Source: a virus. Taken from it: DNA of 64,000 nucleotides. Below, in pieces: positions 9,030-19,254 of this stretch. Each line of letters starts with the position of its first letter. Within the stretch, counting starts at the first letter, position 1. The stretch covers positions 58,707-122,706 of IMG/VR virus record IMGVR_UViG_3300020045_004509, one strand, 5' to 3'. The position numbers and the translations under genes are program-made. The notes under the pieces were generated by a model, which saw only the letters and a list, made by a program, of their open reading frames with translations, was not told the origin of the DNA and searched no databases.

Positions 9030-10275
9030 ATATTCTCTCTAAACAGATTGTTAATTTTTCTTCGGTAGACTGATAATCCCAAATTTCAAATAGATTATAC
9101 CCTCGTTCTATAGCAAAATTATTTTTAAGGCGATCTTTCTGTTCTTTTTGCTCTGCTGTAGTGGTTGGGTGAAATGGCATTCTCCAAGTTTCATATTTTT
9201 CATCAGACAATCGATCTTTTCTTGGATGCCATAAAGCACCATTGTATTCAATGATAATATTTAATGGTAAAAGACAAAAATCATATAGTTCACCATTAAG
9301 AACCGTTTCATCCATTAAACAAAATTCTTTAGACCCATTAACCCCAAACATCATATCACTACGCAGATACCCAAGTCGCCTAAGTTTCCTATACAATTTA
9401 ATGAAAAACTTATTTGCTTCTCTTGATGAAGTACCAAAATATTCTGTTGACGACATCAATCGACGCTTATATATCAATTCGCCTTCAACTGCCCCATATT
9501 TTTCAATCAACCCATCTAAAGAACTAGAGTATACCGAACGGGCAATATTTTCATTATATCTTCTGGTTCCTTCTTCCACCCCATATTTATTAAACCAATA
9601 ATCAAGTTTTGATGGATTTTCAAACATTGATTCTGGATGGGTATCTTTGAATTCTTTACACCAAAAATTTCTTGAATTTACGATAGCCTGCGATTCTTCT
9701 TCAGTATGTCCTTTACCAACCCAATACAATTTTGAAAATGGATTATTTGAAATATCGTCAAACCAACCATTTGCCCGTTGAGTAGCCTTTCCTTTCGTGC
9801 CTTTGTTTGACAAATATTCTTGCACCAATGCTTCATCATTAAACAGTTTAAATAATTCTGCCTTTGACATAGAATTTATACCACGCTTGGCTAATACACC
9901 ACAATGTTTAGTGTTTGGGTCATTGAATGCTGAATTGAATGCTTTTTGTCCTTTATTAGTAAGTTTTAGTTTTGCGTCATCTACACTTAGGCCAGCACAT
10001 GTAGTTAAAAACTCTAATGATACAGGATTCAATGTTCTGCATTTACATCCAGTAGTACCACAAAAATACGGTGAATTTTTATAATCCAAGTATGATATAC
10101 CATCGACAACAACCACTAATTTTACCTTAGAATAATTATCGGAAAAATAACATTTATTTCCTTTGAACATATGTTCATATGAACCATATTTTCCTCTTGT
10201 ATATTTTCCTATTATAATTTTTAATGTTTGTTCGGATTTCCCATCAAATACTTGACTATCAAATATTGTTTTCAT
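8989..10275 (-). CDS. Free-standing putative homing endonuclease (C-terminal Vsr/DUF559-like nuclease)
   Basis: YDF...NIIIEYNG..WH...KD..K...A..RGY.L.EIW; KYG.EEG repeats; CTAAATA upstream; lies between genes 39 and 60. Confidence 0.75.
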   Translation of the reverse strand: MKTIFDSQVFDGKSEQTLKIIIGKYTRGKYGSYEHMFKGNKCYFSDNYSKVKLVVVVDGISYLDYKNSPYFCGTTGCKCRTLNPVSLEFLTTCAGLSVDDAKLKLTNKGQKAFNSAFNDPNTKHCGVLAKRGINSMSKAELFKLFNDEALVQEYLSNKGTKGKATQRANGWFDDISNNPFSKLYWVGKGHTEEESQAIVNSRNFWCKEFKDTHPESMFENPSKLDYWFNKYGVEEGTRRYNENIARSVYSSSLDGLIEKYGAVEGELIYKRRLMSSTEYFGTSSREANKFFIKLYRKLRRLGYLRSDMMFGVNGSKEFCLMDETVLNGELYDFCLLPLNIIIEYNGALWHPRKDRLSDEKYETWRMPFHPTTTAEQKEQKDRLKNNFAIERGYNLFEIWDYQSTEEKLTICLERIYEARNKENSTNQI

Positions 10276-10304
10276 TATATTCCTTGGTTGTCGTAATGGA
10301 TTAT

Positions 10305-11885
10305 TTAGGGTCGCTTTATACCATCAACATCAACATCAGATAACAAAGTTTTTACCAACATTTCTTTACCTTTATGTATGATAATATCATCAATTCCTAC
10401 GATATAAGCGATGCCATCAAGGACAATTTCAAATAATGATTCAACGATAACTGCTGGTTTACCAAATTCTAATCCAAGAATAGAAGTAAGTTCAGCAATT
10501 TCTTTGTTCTTCATGATATCAATTGGTTTCATCCCATCAATATTCATCACCTTGCCCTTCAAAGGGTAGGCTGCATCAGTTTTTGGATTCCGAACTGCGA
10601 TATGTGGCCCTAATGCTGATAATCCTTCTACAATAAAAATTCTACGTTTTTCTGGATCACTATCAGTGGCAGCTATGTGATTAACAATCCGTACCTTAGC
10701 AACTGCTTTCTGCTTCTTAGCAAGTAATGCTGCTTCTTCCCTTTCCTTCTTATAAAGAATAGCTGAAATAATCGGATCAATGATTTCGGGTGTATTCAGA
10801 ATTTGCTTTGAAATTTTATCAAAGTCAATATCTTTCAAGTGGGCAGAAACTTCTGCTACTGTGTTTGTTATCCTCATTTTGGTTTGAGAGTCGAAGCGAC
10901 AGTTAACGACCCCCCGAAGAATAGAAACAAACGTCAAGTGTTGTTTGATATTGTTCGGAAGAACATCAATCTTATGTTTTTTCTTAATATATTCCCGAAG
11001 ATTAGCAATGACTTGATCCATGACAAACGATACATGGGAACCGCCATCTTTAATCCAAAGACCATTCACGTATGAATGTAAGCGAAATTCTTCATCCTTT
11101 CCAGATGGCCCGAAAATCAATACATTTTTTTCATCTTGTCCAATAACAAATGGTGAACAATACTTTGCTGCGTAATCTTTGATAGATTTGATTTTGATTT
11201 TTTCATCGTTGAACGAAAATGTAATATCTGGATAACAAACTGCAAGATTTTCTAATCTATCCCGAATGAAGTCAATGTGATCTTTGGAAATTGTGTTAAT
11301 ACCAAACGATTGAATATCAGGAACAAAACTAACACGGGTAAAATGTTTCGTTGAAGGATTCGTTTCTACAGATTTTATCTTAGCAGATTTTCCAACAGTA
11401 AGTTTCAAGTATGTTTTTCCATCAGACGTTTCCCCAATGAATTCAGATGAAAACACTAAGGTAGCGAAACTTCCAACACCATTCGCCCCAATTGTTTCCC
11501 TATCATCAGAAAAGTTTGACCCTGATCTGGCTTGCGTCCAAGCAATAACTGGTTGGTATGTTTTACCGTGTAGAATAACAGGGATGCCTCGCCCATTGTC
11601 TTCAATGATAACACGCCAAAAATCACCAGAACATATATCACTTTCCTTCTTAATAGACACACTAATCTTATTAGCAAACTTAAATTGTGTTCGGATAGCC
11701 TCATCAATTGAGTTATCGCAGATTTCTGAAATAATTTTCAGAAGGCCGGGAATAACATTCAGGGTACTTTGTGTCCCAAAAAACATACCAGAAACAGGCT
11801 CAACTGATGTTGCTCCTATATACATAGCAGGACGTTTTTTCAAATGTTGAGCATCAGTTAATACTTCAAAATTATCGGTTGCCAT
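10305..11885 (-). CDS. 39: DNA topoisomerase II ATPase subunit gp39 (GyrB-like)
   Basis: RPAMYIG, EICDNSIDE, DNGRGIP, GSNF, G.NGVG, VEGLSA and PLKGK motifs; ends before the DxD motif. Confidence 0.95.
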   Translation of the reverse strand: MATDNFEVLTDAQHLKKRPAMYIGATSVEPVSGMFFGTQSTLNVIPGLLKIISEICDNSIDEAIRTQFKFANKISVSIKKESDICSGDFWRVIIEDNGRGIPVILHGKTYQPVIAWTQARSGSNFSDDRETIGANGVGSFATLVFSSEFIGETSDGKTYLKLTVGKSAKIKSVETNPSTKHFTRVSFVPDIQSFGINTISKDHIDFIRDRLENLAVCYPDITFSFNDEKIKIKSIKDYAAKYCSPFVIGQDEKNVLIFGPSGKDEEFRLHSYVNGLWIKDGGSHVSFVMDQVIANLREYIKKKHKIDVLPNNIKQHLTFVSILRGVVNCRFDSQTKMRITNTVAEVSAHLKDIDFDKISKQILNTPEIIDPIISAILYKKEREEAALLAKKQKAVAKVRIVNHIAATDSDPEKRRIFIVEGLSALGPHIAVRNPKTDAAYPLKGKVMNIDGMKPIDIMKNKEIAELTSILGLEFGKPAVIVESLFEIVLDGIAYIVGIDDIIIHKGKEMLVKTLLSDVDVDGIKRP

Positions 11886-11898
11886 ATTTTCTTTCTTA

Positions 11899-12135
11899 TT
11901 ATAGTTCGTACAAATATTCTTTAGCCTTCTTAACCAACAATTTAGATGGTTTCCCCTGTTTCATTCGTGCATCATAGTATTTGCGCCATTCAGATTTTCG
12001 ATAATCCATGTCGGTACTAATATATACGTTGTTTATTTCGCAATCATATGTAGCAAGGGTAGAAATGTCTTTTGCCCATTCAATGTAGTCAGGGTTGAAT
12101 GCAGGAGGGGGATTTTCATGCCAATAGGTAAACAT
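11899..12135 (-). CDS. Hypothetical protein
   Basis: 78-aa ORF with AAAGGA RBS and TATAAT upstream. Confidence 0.6.
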   Translation of the reverse strand: MFTYWHENPPPAFNPDYIEWAKDISTLATYDCEINNVYISTDMDYRKSEWRKYYDARMKQGKPSKLLVKKAKEYLYEL

Positions 12136-12170
12136 TTTGTTCCTTTGTTTTCAAAACTGAATTATACCAT

Positions 12171-12197
12171 AAAAGAAAACCAGCAATTCGCTGGTTT
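12171..12197 (-). terminator. Rho-independent terminator
   Basis: Minus strand AAACCAGC-GAATT-GCTGGTTT followed by TCTTTT. Confidence 0.65.
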
Positions 12198-12367
12198 AGA
12201 TTTGCTTTGAAGTCATTATCTTCTTCAGCCAAAGCATGGCATTCCAGTTTACGCTGGTTCGGTGAACAGGGGCTAGTCTGGATTAAGCCTTAGAGTGCTC
12301 ATTTATTTAGGAATTTCCTAAATGTAATTTGGCGAATCTTGTCTGACACAGTAAGATTCAAGTTACA

Positions 12368-12449
12368 GTAAATATATGTAGTCAGATAAGAAGTTCCAAG
12401 TTCTTATCAACACAGTACGGATACCTGTGCTGTCCTACTTTATATTTAC
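12368..12449 (+). promoter_or_regulatory. Structured leader (three-way junction) containing late promoter TAAATA, upstream of an endonuclease
   Basis: Outer stem GTAAATATA/TATATTTAC enclosing two hairpins; homologous to 36878-36956. Confidence 0.6.
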
Positions 12450-12462
12450 CGGAGACAATTCA

Positions 12463-13263
12463 ATGTCATATAAAAGATACACCGTATCATGCCTACTTTG
12501 CAAATCAGAAGTTTCTACTGGCAGTTTACATAAGCATTACAACTCAAAACAATGTCAATCTGGTGGTAAAGCTGTATTTGTTAAATCGGATGAATATGAA
12601 TCCAGAAAAAGCAGATCACATTGCATATTTTGTAATAAAGAATGTAAAACATTTCATTCATTAACAGCACATGAAATTTCATGTAGAGATAACCCAAACA
12701 AAAAAATATCAATTACTGAAAATAAACGGAACACTGGTGGAAACGCATGGAATAAAGGTCTAACAAAAGAAACCGATTGTCGTGTTGCTGCTAATGGTAA
12801 AACGTTATCGGAAAACATTGCTTCCGGGAAAACAGTAATGCCACCACCAAGTAAAAAATCTAAAGAGGGGTTACAAAGATTGAGGGAATGTGCCATCAGT
12901 AGAGGGTTAGGTGGGGTCAGACAGTCACGAAAAATTGAGTACAATGGTGTCAAATTAGGGTCATCATATGAAGTTACTTTAGCTATATCTCTTGATAAAA
13001 ATAATATTATATGGGAAATACCTAAACGTATAAAATATACTGATAATTTAGGCAAAGAACGTACATACACCGCAGATTTCTATTTACCTAAATATGATAT
13101 TTACTTAGACCCAAAGAATGATTTTTTAATTAATAATATAAATCCAAAATTAGGATTTAAAGATATCGATAAAATAAAATGGGTTCAACAACAAAATGAT
13201 GTACAGGTACACATTCTAAATAAAACTCAGCTTTCATGGGAATATATAGCTACATTATTATAG
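12463..13263 (+). CDS. Putative homing endonuclease (Zn fingers plus PD-(D/E)xK/TnsA-like domain)
   Basis: CxxC...H fingers, AWNKGLTKETD, SSYE and RTY.ADFYLP.YD.YLDPK; ATG at 12463 after GGAG. Confidence 0.75.
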   Translation: MSYKRYTVSCLLCKSEVSTGSLHKHYNSKQCQSGGKAVFVKSDEYESRKSRSHCIFCNKECKTFHSLTAHEISCRDNPNKKISITENKRNTGGNAWNKGLTKETDCRVAANGKTLSENIASGKTVMPPPSKKSKEGLQRLRECAISRGLGGVRQSRKIEYNGVKLGSSYEVTLAISLDKNNIIWEIPKRIKYTDNLGKERTYTADFYLPKYDIYLDPKNDFLINNINPKLGFKDIDKIKWVQQQNDVQVHILNKTQLSWEYIATLL

Positions 13264-13295
13264 TTGATATCCCAATAATCGAAATCGGCTAATTT

Positions 13296-13373
13296 TGGCT
13301 CCGGTAGTTGAAATCGAATCAACTTAAACAGTGAGTAACAGTCACGCCCTTGTCCATACTTGGGTTTACCGGA
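13296..13373 (-). tRNA. tRNA-Asn(GUU)
   Basis: Acceptor TCCGGTA/TACCGGA, anticodon loop CT-GTT-AC, T loop TTCGATT, G73 and encoded CCA. Confidence 0.8.
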
Positions 13374-13384
13374 TTATATTCTAT

Positions 13385-13813
13385 TTAGATGCCAACTTCT
13401 TCAATGATTTGGGCAACTGCTTGTTTCAATACATCGGAAATTGCAGAATGTTTAAAATCAAACATCGTGAATGCTGCCAAAGTGCTATCGGAAAGTTGAT
13501 CCATACCATCAAGATTCAGGGCAACATATTCAACAGTAAGAGCCCCTGTTCGGGTCAGCATATTACCATAAGCATAGCTACCGCAAGCATCCATTTCATC
13601 AATAATGGTCGTTTCCATCCACGTAAGATTTTTCAAAAGATTATCTTTGGAAATTTCCCGACCAATTTGTTTGTTGTAAGCATCCCCTTTGCGTTTTAGG
13701 GAATACCCAAACAATACATAATCTTCAGTTCGGAAGTAAGCAATTGTTACCCCCCGTTCATTGGTATCAAAATTTACGTGAACGTAACGGATTTGGTTTA
13801 GTTGTTGTGCCAT
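13385..13813 (-). CDS. Hypothetical protein
   Basis: Likely start MAQQL at 13813 after AAAGGA. Confidence 0.65.
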   Translation of the reverse strand: MAQQLNQIRYVHVNFDTNERGVTIAYFRTEDYVLFGYSLKRKGDAYNKQIGREISKDNLLKNLTWMETTIIDEMDACGSYAYGNMLTRTGALTVEYVALNLDGMDQLSDSTLAAFTMFDFKHSAISDVLKQAVAQIIEEVGI

Positions 13814-13826
13814 GATAAAATTTCCT

Positions 13827-13994
13827 TTAAGCAAAAAATGTTGAATACGAGGTTGCCTTTTTTGGGGGCAGTTTCTTGATTGAGTTGACCGGGTGCAGAA
13901 GCCATTTTGTTCCAAGTTTTTCCTTGGCTTCTTTCAATTTTTCTTCATTGCGTTCCTGCAATGTTTTCAAACTTGGGGTAACAATGAGTTGCAT
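13827..13994 (-). CDS. Small hypothetical protein
   Basis: Start MQLIV after AAAGGA; contains LGTKWLLHPVN. Confidence 0.6.
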   Translation of the reverse strand: MQLIVTPSLKTLQERNEEKLKEAKEKLGTKWLLHPVNSIKKLPPKKATSYSTFFA

Positions 13995-14063
13995 AGATTT
14001 CCTTTGATAAAGACAGAACAATTTCTGTCTTGTTTTTGTGAACGAATTATAACCTAATTTTTC

Positions 14064-16106
14064 TTAGATTTCCTTATCAACCAAATTAAATTGACAAGTA
14101 ATTGGTTTGCTCAACCCAACATCAATATCAACAGAATTGTTTTCCATTGTGATACCTGTTGGGAATTTCTTACCCAAAATCACCCCGAACTTAGTCATTG
14201 TGATTTCCCGGCTCAATGCCTTGATGTTATCCTTGACTGCTTTCAGTTTCAGGTCATCAGGAAGGGTAATATTATTCAGGTCATTCAAAGCGTTTGAAAC
14301 AACCTGTTGTGAAACAGTCAAAGACTTCTTAGCAGCAATGTTCTTTTCGACATCTTCAATCTTAGGAATAGACGAAAATCCTGACATTTTCACTTCAAAA
14401 ACTTTTGCCATATAAGGATCAACAGATTCAGATTTTTCTGTCTTAGGACTAAATCCCCCCTCAGTCACCCCATATTGCTTCAGAAACAGAGCCCCATCAA
14501 GACCATACAAAGAAGCAAACTTTTCTGATACTTCTGGTTTATCCAGTTTGCTATTCAGAAATTTTTGTTTTGCTTTCAAAGAATACAATTTGAAGCATTT
14601 AGTTCCAAGTTCAACAGCAGAACCAACTTCAACCATAGACCGATTGATGATTGGCATCTTAGTAGTATCAATCACAAATGTCTTACCAACTTTGAATGGT
14701 TCATCAATAACCCCATTTTGTTTCAGAAGATCATAACTTGCTTTGCTAAGGATGACTGGAATTTTTTTCAAATTCACTATTCCATCCCGAACAATGGTGT
14801 AGTTACGCCAGATGAATGAATCAATCACATCAGAAAAACCATGTTCGTTTTCTGGCAAACTAACTGTACCTTTGCGTTTGACCAAGATAGAAATATTTGG
14901 ACGATCTTCATCAAATTTCAAAGCTGAAATAGCCCCTTTGATTTCTTTAGTTGCATCAGTAAATTTTGGGACAAATCCGTTTGCATCAGGAACTGTTGAA
15001 CGGGAATCACCAATAGCAGAATATACAAAATCTGGATGAGAAATATCCAAATAGTTACCTTCTTCATCAGCCAAATCCATCAACATAGTCAGAACATTGT
15101 ATGCATTTGCATCGGGAATCAAATTTGTGTTCCTTGGTTCAGAAAATAGTTTTTGTTTACCAGAACCAAGTTCAGTTGACAATTCAACCAAACGGGCATA
15201 GTCTTGTTTAGAAAAAGCATTTTCAACTTTCTTGTACAAAGATACATCCCCCAATGAACCAGCAAGGGTCAATGCAAGGTCACCAGAGCCGCGTTGAATC
15301 AACGCAGCCACCATATAGGGGGTAACAGACAGATCATCGATTTGAATCGATTCTGGGACTTCCTGATAGCCTTCAAACAGACTATATGATGATGTATTTG
15401 CAGGAAGCGTAACTGTACCTACTGCATCTGGTTTAGCAACAACAAAACCATCAGGAAGATTACCAACAACAAATTCAACCTTGATATTTTTGATCTTGAT
15501 CTTTTTACCAGATGACATAGTATTCATAGTCTTGTTCAGAACTTCAGTATATGAATTGAAGTCTTCAGCAAGAACAACAGAACCGCCCGCTGCTTCAGCC
15601 ATTTGTTGAAGCATTTTACTATCAGCATAATGGGAATATTCAACAAATGTTGCAGATGCAACTAAGTCAGACAAAGATTCACAGACTTTCAGAATATCTT
15701 TAGTTGGAGTCCCATCGTTGTTTTGACCATCTGAAAAGAAATTCATTGCAATTGGCATTGGATATGCTTTAGCCAAACGAATAACTTCTTCCAATGGTTG
15801 TTTGAATGCAGTCATAGATACTGGTTTTACGAATCGATCAATTGTGGAATTAACATTGGAAAGATCAGTCAGGGAAGAAATTTTGACTGCTTCAAACAAA
15901 GTACCAAATTGATTTTTAGAAGAAAACCAGATGATTGAAAGAACATCATCTGGTTGAACCAAAGTTGGGATTTTATTCTTTAAATGTGTACGAAGTTTTG
16001 GTAGATCATTAGACATTGATCCCGAGCAATCAATCACAATTACGCGATGGGTTGATTCTGCTACGGTTGGTTGATCATTCTGAATTTTGACAGTTGTAAG
16101 TTTCAT
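14064..16106 (-). CDS. vWA-domain protein
   Basis: MIDAS motif VIDCSGSM, followed by FFSDG. Confidence 0.85.
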   Translation of the reverse strand: MKLTTVKIQNDQPTVAESTHRVIVIDCSGSMSNDLPKLRTHLKNKIPTLVQPDDVLSIIWFSSKNQFGTLFEAVKISSLTDLSNVNSTIDRFVKPVSMTAFKQPLEEVIRLAKAYPMPIAMNFFSDGQNNDGTPTKDILKVCESLSDLVASATFVEYSHYADSKMLQQMAEAAGGSVVLAEDFNSYTEVLNKTMNTMSSGKKIKIKNIKVEFVVGNLPDGFVVAKPDAVGTVTLPANTSSYSLFEGYQEVPESIQIDDLSVTPYMVAALIQRGSGDLALTLAGSLGDVSLYKKVENAFSKQDYARLVELSTELGSGKQKLFSEPRNTNLIPDANAYNVLTMLMDLADEEGNYLDISHPDFVYSAIGDSRSTVPDANGFVPKFTDATKEIKGAISALKFDEDRPNISILVKRKGTVSLPENEHGFSDVIDSFIWRNYTIVRDGIVNLKKIPVILSKASYDLLKQNGVIDEPFKVGKTFVIDTTKMPIINRSMVEVGSAVELGTKCFKLYSLKAKQKFLNSKLDKPEVSEKFASLYGLDGALFLKQYGVTEGGFSPKTEKSESVDPYMAKVFEVKMSGFSSIPKIEDVEKNIAAKKSLTVSQQVVSNALNDLNNITLPDDLKLKAVKDNIKALSREITMTKFGVILGKKFPTGITMENNSVDIDVGLSKPITCQFNLVDKEI

Positions 16107-16149
16107 TTAGGGTTCCTTGTTTGTTAAGAACCCAAATTATATCACAACT

Positions 16150-17967
16150 TTATCTTCCCAACAACTTATCTCGTTCTTTTTCTTTTTGAATTCCAGATTT
16201 ACCTTTTTTCATGATGTCTTTATGATCAACCCCAATCACAGATGCAATCCGTTCCCTTGTACTTGGCATCATTCTATGAAAAGAAACTGCTAAGTTATCT
16301 TCATATGTTCCATTGTCCATCCAAGCCCGTTTATTCAATTGGTGAGCCCAATGATCAACAATTGCTGACATTCCCGGAACTGCTTCCCTTTCATGTCTTA
16401 CTGTTGAATCATACAAGTTACCTTTCTTACGATTCAACCCATAAGTCGAATGGTATGCCATTTGATATGATTCAGGATTTAGGGTTCCTTGTTCAGAATG
16501 GGCTTTGATAATAGATTCAAATGGATATCTTCCCAATTTATGATCAGAATGAATCTTTACCCCAGAATATGAATCTCTGATATACATCCCATTTGTTTTT
16601 AGTTTAGCTAAAGACATATATTGATCCATCGTCTTTGCTTCAGGAAGATTACGGGAAATTTTACCAAGAAAATCTGTTCTGAATTGATTCGAGAAAACAT
16701 TTCTTCCAATAGCAACTTCTGATAAACGTCTAACATGATCTGGCCTATCTAAATTGAATTGGCTTGCTGCATGTTCAACTAACGCTTGATAATGGGGATT
16801 ATTCATTGACATCTGTAACTTTGTTGTTGCATCAATACCTCTATCAGCAAGGGTAAGGGATTCAGTAATTTTATCAAAGTCCCCAGTCTTATTAGCTTCT
16901 CGAATTCCTTTCAGATGGTTTGCTGCATCCCGTAATGTTTTTGATTTATACTTATGATCAGGATTGACTAACCCAATAACCTTTGCTTTTTTATGTTCAT
17001 CCTTATCAGTTGCAACAGCTTTCCATGCAAGATCAAGATGTTCCCCCGTTGGATTTTCTGGAAACTGATAATCTTGTCCATTGTCAGAATATACCCCATC
17101 GACCTTCTTGTATACATCATGTTTCTTAGTAAACATTTTTGATACTAATTCATTCGATTTTGGAAGAAACCAATCTGGTACGGTTCCATATACTCTGTTT
17201 TCGGGAAACAAGGTTTCATGTCCTGTACCTAACCCTTTATGCATTTTATATGATGTTCTACCAATCACATCATTTTCAACCGATCCCCCTCTTGGCACCA
17301 AATATACATGATGAGTATGCTGGCTAATTTCTTCTGGCATACATTTTGCTGCTGGGCCTTTTCCTTGAAACTTATCCCTTGAATCTTTTGTCCGAACATT
17401 TGCACATGAAATATAACCTTGCCCAGTTGATCCAGCCAAAACATCTTCAGGATGACCAGTAAGAATAAAATCGAATGCTTTTGTCTTAGCTCCAATGCGG
17501 AATGGATCATTATCATAAGCTTTCTTTAGATCAGGTTCTTTGTGCTTTTCTAAGATACCCCCAATTTTATGTTCAACAATCTTTTCCTGAAGACCATGGA
17601 CAGGATGATTAACTTGGATTGAAGACTTAGTAATACCAGCTTTATAATCTTCAGGGGTTGACGAATATCCTTTACCTTTTAGAAAAGACATTACCCCAAA
17701 ATGAGGTTCTTTAGCAGATTCAACCATATCAATTGGAACACGATGAGTCCATTGTTTAGTATCAGGATGATTCTTGAATGCATCTTCGGCAACTGGATGT
17801 TGTTTTAGAAATGCTTGACGATAGTATGAATGACCTGAACCCATCATTCTTCTTGCCATGTCTTTTTCGGTTTGATTCAATTCTTCATCTAACTGAATGA
17901 CTTCTTCTTGAATTGGTTCTTGTTTGATACCAATTGACAGATATGCTTTTGTGATTGAATCGACCAT
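16150..17967 (-). CDS. Large late protein, paralog family member 1 (putative virion internal protein)
   Basis: Shares DP.R / ST...SC / R..YG core with 22868, 25108 and 58195; CTAAATA upstream. Confidence 0.75.
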   Translation of the reverse strand: MVDSITKAYLSIGIKQEPIQEEVIQLDEELNQTEKDMARRMMGSGHSYYRQAFLKQHPVAEDAFKNHPDTKQWTHRVPIDMVESAKEPHFGVMSFLKGKGYSSTPEDYKAGITKSSIQVNHPVHGLQEKIVEHKIGGILEKHKEPDLKKAYDNDPFRIGAKTKAFDFILTGHPEDVLAGSTGQGYISCANVRTKDSRDKFQGKGPAAKCMPEEISQHTHHVYLVPRGGSVENDVIGRTSYKMHKGLGTGHETLFPENRVYGTVPDWFLPKSNELVSKMFTKKHDVYKKVDGVYSDNGQDYQFPENPTGEHLDLAWKAVATDKDEHKKAKVIGLVNPDHKYKSKTLRDAANHLKGIREANKTGDFDKITESLTLADRGIDATTKLQMSMNNPHYQALVEHAASQFNLDRPDHVRRLSEVAIGRNVFSNQFRTDFLGKISRNLPEAKTMDQYMSLAKLKTNGMYIRDSYSGVKIHSDHKLGRYPFESIIKAHSEQGTLNPESYQMAYHSTYGLNRKKGNLYDSTVRHEREAVPGMSAIVDHWAHQLNKRAWMDNGTYEDNLAVSFHRMMPSTRERIASVIGVDHKDIMKKGKSGIQKEKERDKLLGR

Positions 17968-17991
17968 GAATGTTTCCTGATTGTTATTGTT

Positions 17992-18303
17992 CTATTTAGT
18001 AAAGAAAACATTCTTGATTCCAGATGCTTCAATAGCAGATTGGCATATTAGACATGGTTTAGCCAATAAAGGAAGTCCTTTTTCAGAATATCTATAAACT
18101 GATATCGAATGGGCTTTTGAGAGGTCTTTACATTTGATGATTGCATCAACTTCAGCGTGAATGAATTCTTTATGGAACAACCCAACCTTTTCTGCATGAA
18201 GTTTCTGAAGAGGGTGGGATTTTCGGTAGCTATTCTTCCCAATAGAAAGAACATAGCCCCGTTTGTCCCGAATAATAGCAGTAATGGTTTGTTTCTTAGT
18301 CAT
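17992..18303 (-). CDS. Cytidine/dCMP deaminase-fold protein
   Basis: HAE and PCxxC zinc motifs. Confidence 0.85.
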   Translation of the reverse strand: MTKKQTITAIIRDKRGYVLSIGKNSYRKSHPLQKLHAEKVGLFHKEFIHAEVDAIIKCKDLSKAHSISVYRYSEKGLPLLAKPCLICQSAIEASGIKNVFFTK

Positions 18304-18399
18304 TCCATATTATATCAGTCTTTTCCTGTCATTTCCCTGTAGAGAAAGATTGCATAGATGATGGCAATAACCAAAACAATTTTGTCAAGAATGTCCATA

Positions 18400-18546
18400 T
18401 TACAAAAATTTAATAATTAGATGCTCAACAACGAGATAGTATGACCAAAATGGAAAGAAACAAAATAAAGTTGACCAGAATCCTTTGGCAAGGACAAATC
18501 CCGCTATCCAAGAAATGAATAAAATTAAAGAAACGATAGAGTTCAT
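18400..18546 (-). CDS. Small membrane protein
   Basis: Translated by hand: MNSIVSLILFISWIAGFVLAKGFWSTLFCFFPFWSYYLVVEHLIIKFL. Confidence 0.6.
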   Translation of the reverse strand: MNSIVSLILFISWIAGFVLAKGFWSTLFCFFPFWSYYLVVEHLIIKFL

Positions 18547-18935
18547 TAACAATACCTATTTTCAAATTTTTCTTTAAGACGTAGATAGGTAAGATATTCA
18601 GGATCAGAAGTTCGTTTTAATTCTTCAGAAACTTCATCAACAAGTTGGACAAACATTGTCGAACCAACCCCTTCCTGCACACCAAATGCAGCTAATACTT
18701 CCCGAACAGTATACTTTGGCTCATCAGTTTCTGTAACCATATGTTCGTATTTCTCAAAAATAATATCATTATTATCAGATTGTGCTGTGCAAGAATGCCA
18801 CGTAGATGTATCACAGGTTCGTGTCTGATTAATATAAAATGCACACGAAGTACACATACCCCACGATGGGTTCCTTACTGCTTTCACATTAATATCATTG
18901 ATTGCGTATACTTTACCAATTTCAAAAAAATTCAT
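18546..18935 (-). CDS. Cys-rich hypothetical protein, paralog of 33415..33975
   Basis: KYTVREVL.AF...SDP.Y..YLRLKEKFE shared with the paralog. Confidence 0.7.
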   Translation of the reverse strand: MNFFEIGKVYAINDINVKAVRNPSWGMCTSCAFYINQTRTCDTSTWHSCTAQSDNNDIIFEKYEHMVTETDEPKYTVREVLAAFGVQEGVGSTMFVQLVDEVSEELKRTSDPEYLTYLRLKEKFENRYC

Positions 18936-18975
18936 GGGGTTTCCTTTGTTGTTTAAGATAAGTAATTATAACACA

Positions 18976-19196
18976 AAAATAACTGAATATCAGATTCTCC
19001 TTGATGCATTTCATGACATTTCAAATGATTTTGCCGATAATCACCAATGTCCGTGATTTAATCTTCCCATTGAATCAAAATAAAATAATGATCAGTTACC
19101 AAATTTGATCCCAAAACAGAGGGCTGCTGTTAATACATCTAAACAAAACCATTTGAAATATATTGCTATATGACTAAAATAACTGAATATCAGATT
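18976..19196. repeat. 21-bp direct repeat AAAATAACTGAATATCAGATT at 18976 and 19176
   Basis: Exact copies 200 bp apart; TCAGTTACCA is also repeated at 19092 and 19250. Confidence 0.85.
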
Positions 19197-19254
19197 TGAA
19201 CTGATGTTTCCCTGCACAAGACGGCTCAGGTTCCTACCACTAGAAGAATTCAGT
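19181..19254 (-). ncRNA. tRNA-like RNA or pseudo-tRNA with degenerate anticodon arm
   Basis: Acceptor ACTGAAT/ATTCAGT, D arm TTC-TAGTGGTAG-GAA, T arm ATCAG-TTCAAAT-CTGAT; no canonical anticodon stem-loop and no CCA. Confidence 0.6.

Noticed and set aside
10305-10460. Split intein at the gp39 C-terminus
   Set aside because: There is no Cys/Ser block A, no TxxH, and no HN-C/S/T in the gene 60 leader.
18976-19196. CRISPR array
   Set aside because: Only two repeat copies, 200 bp apart, and no cas genes in the window.
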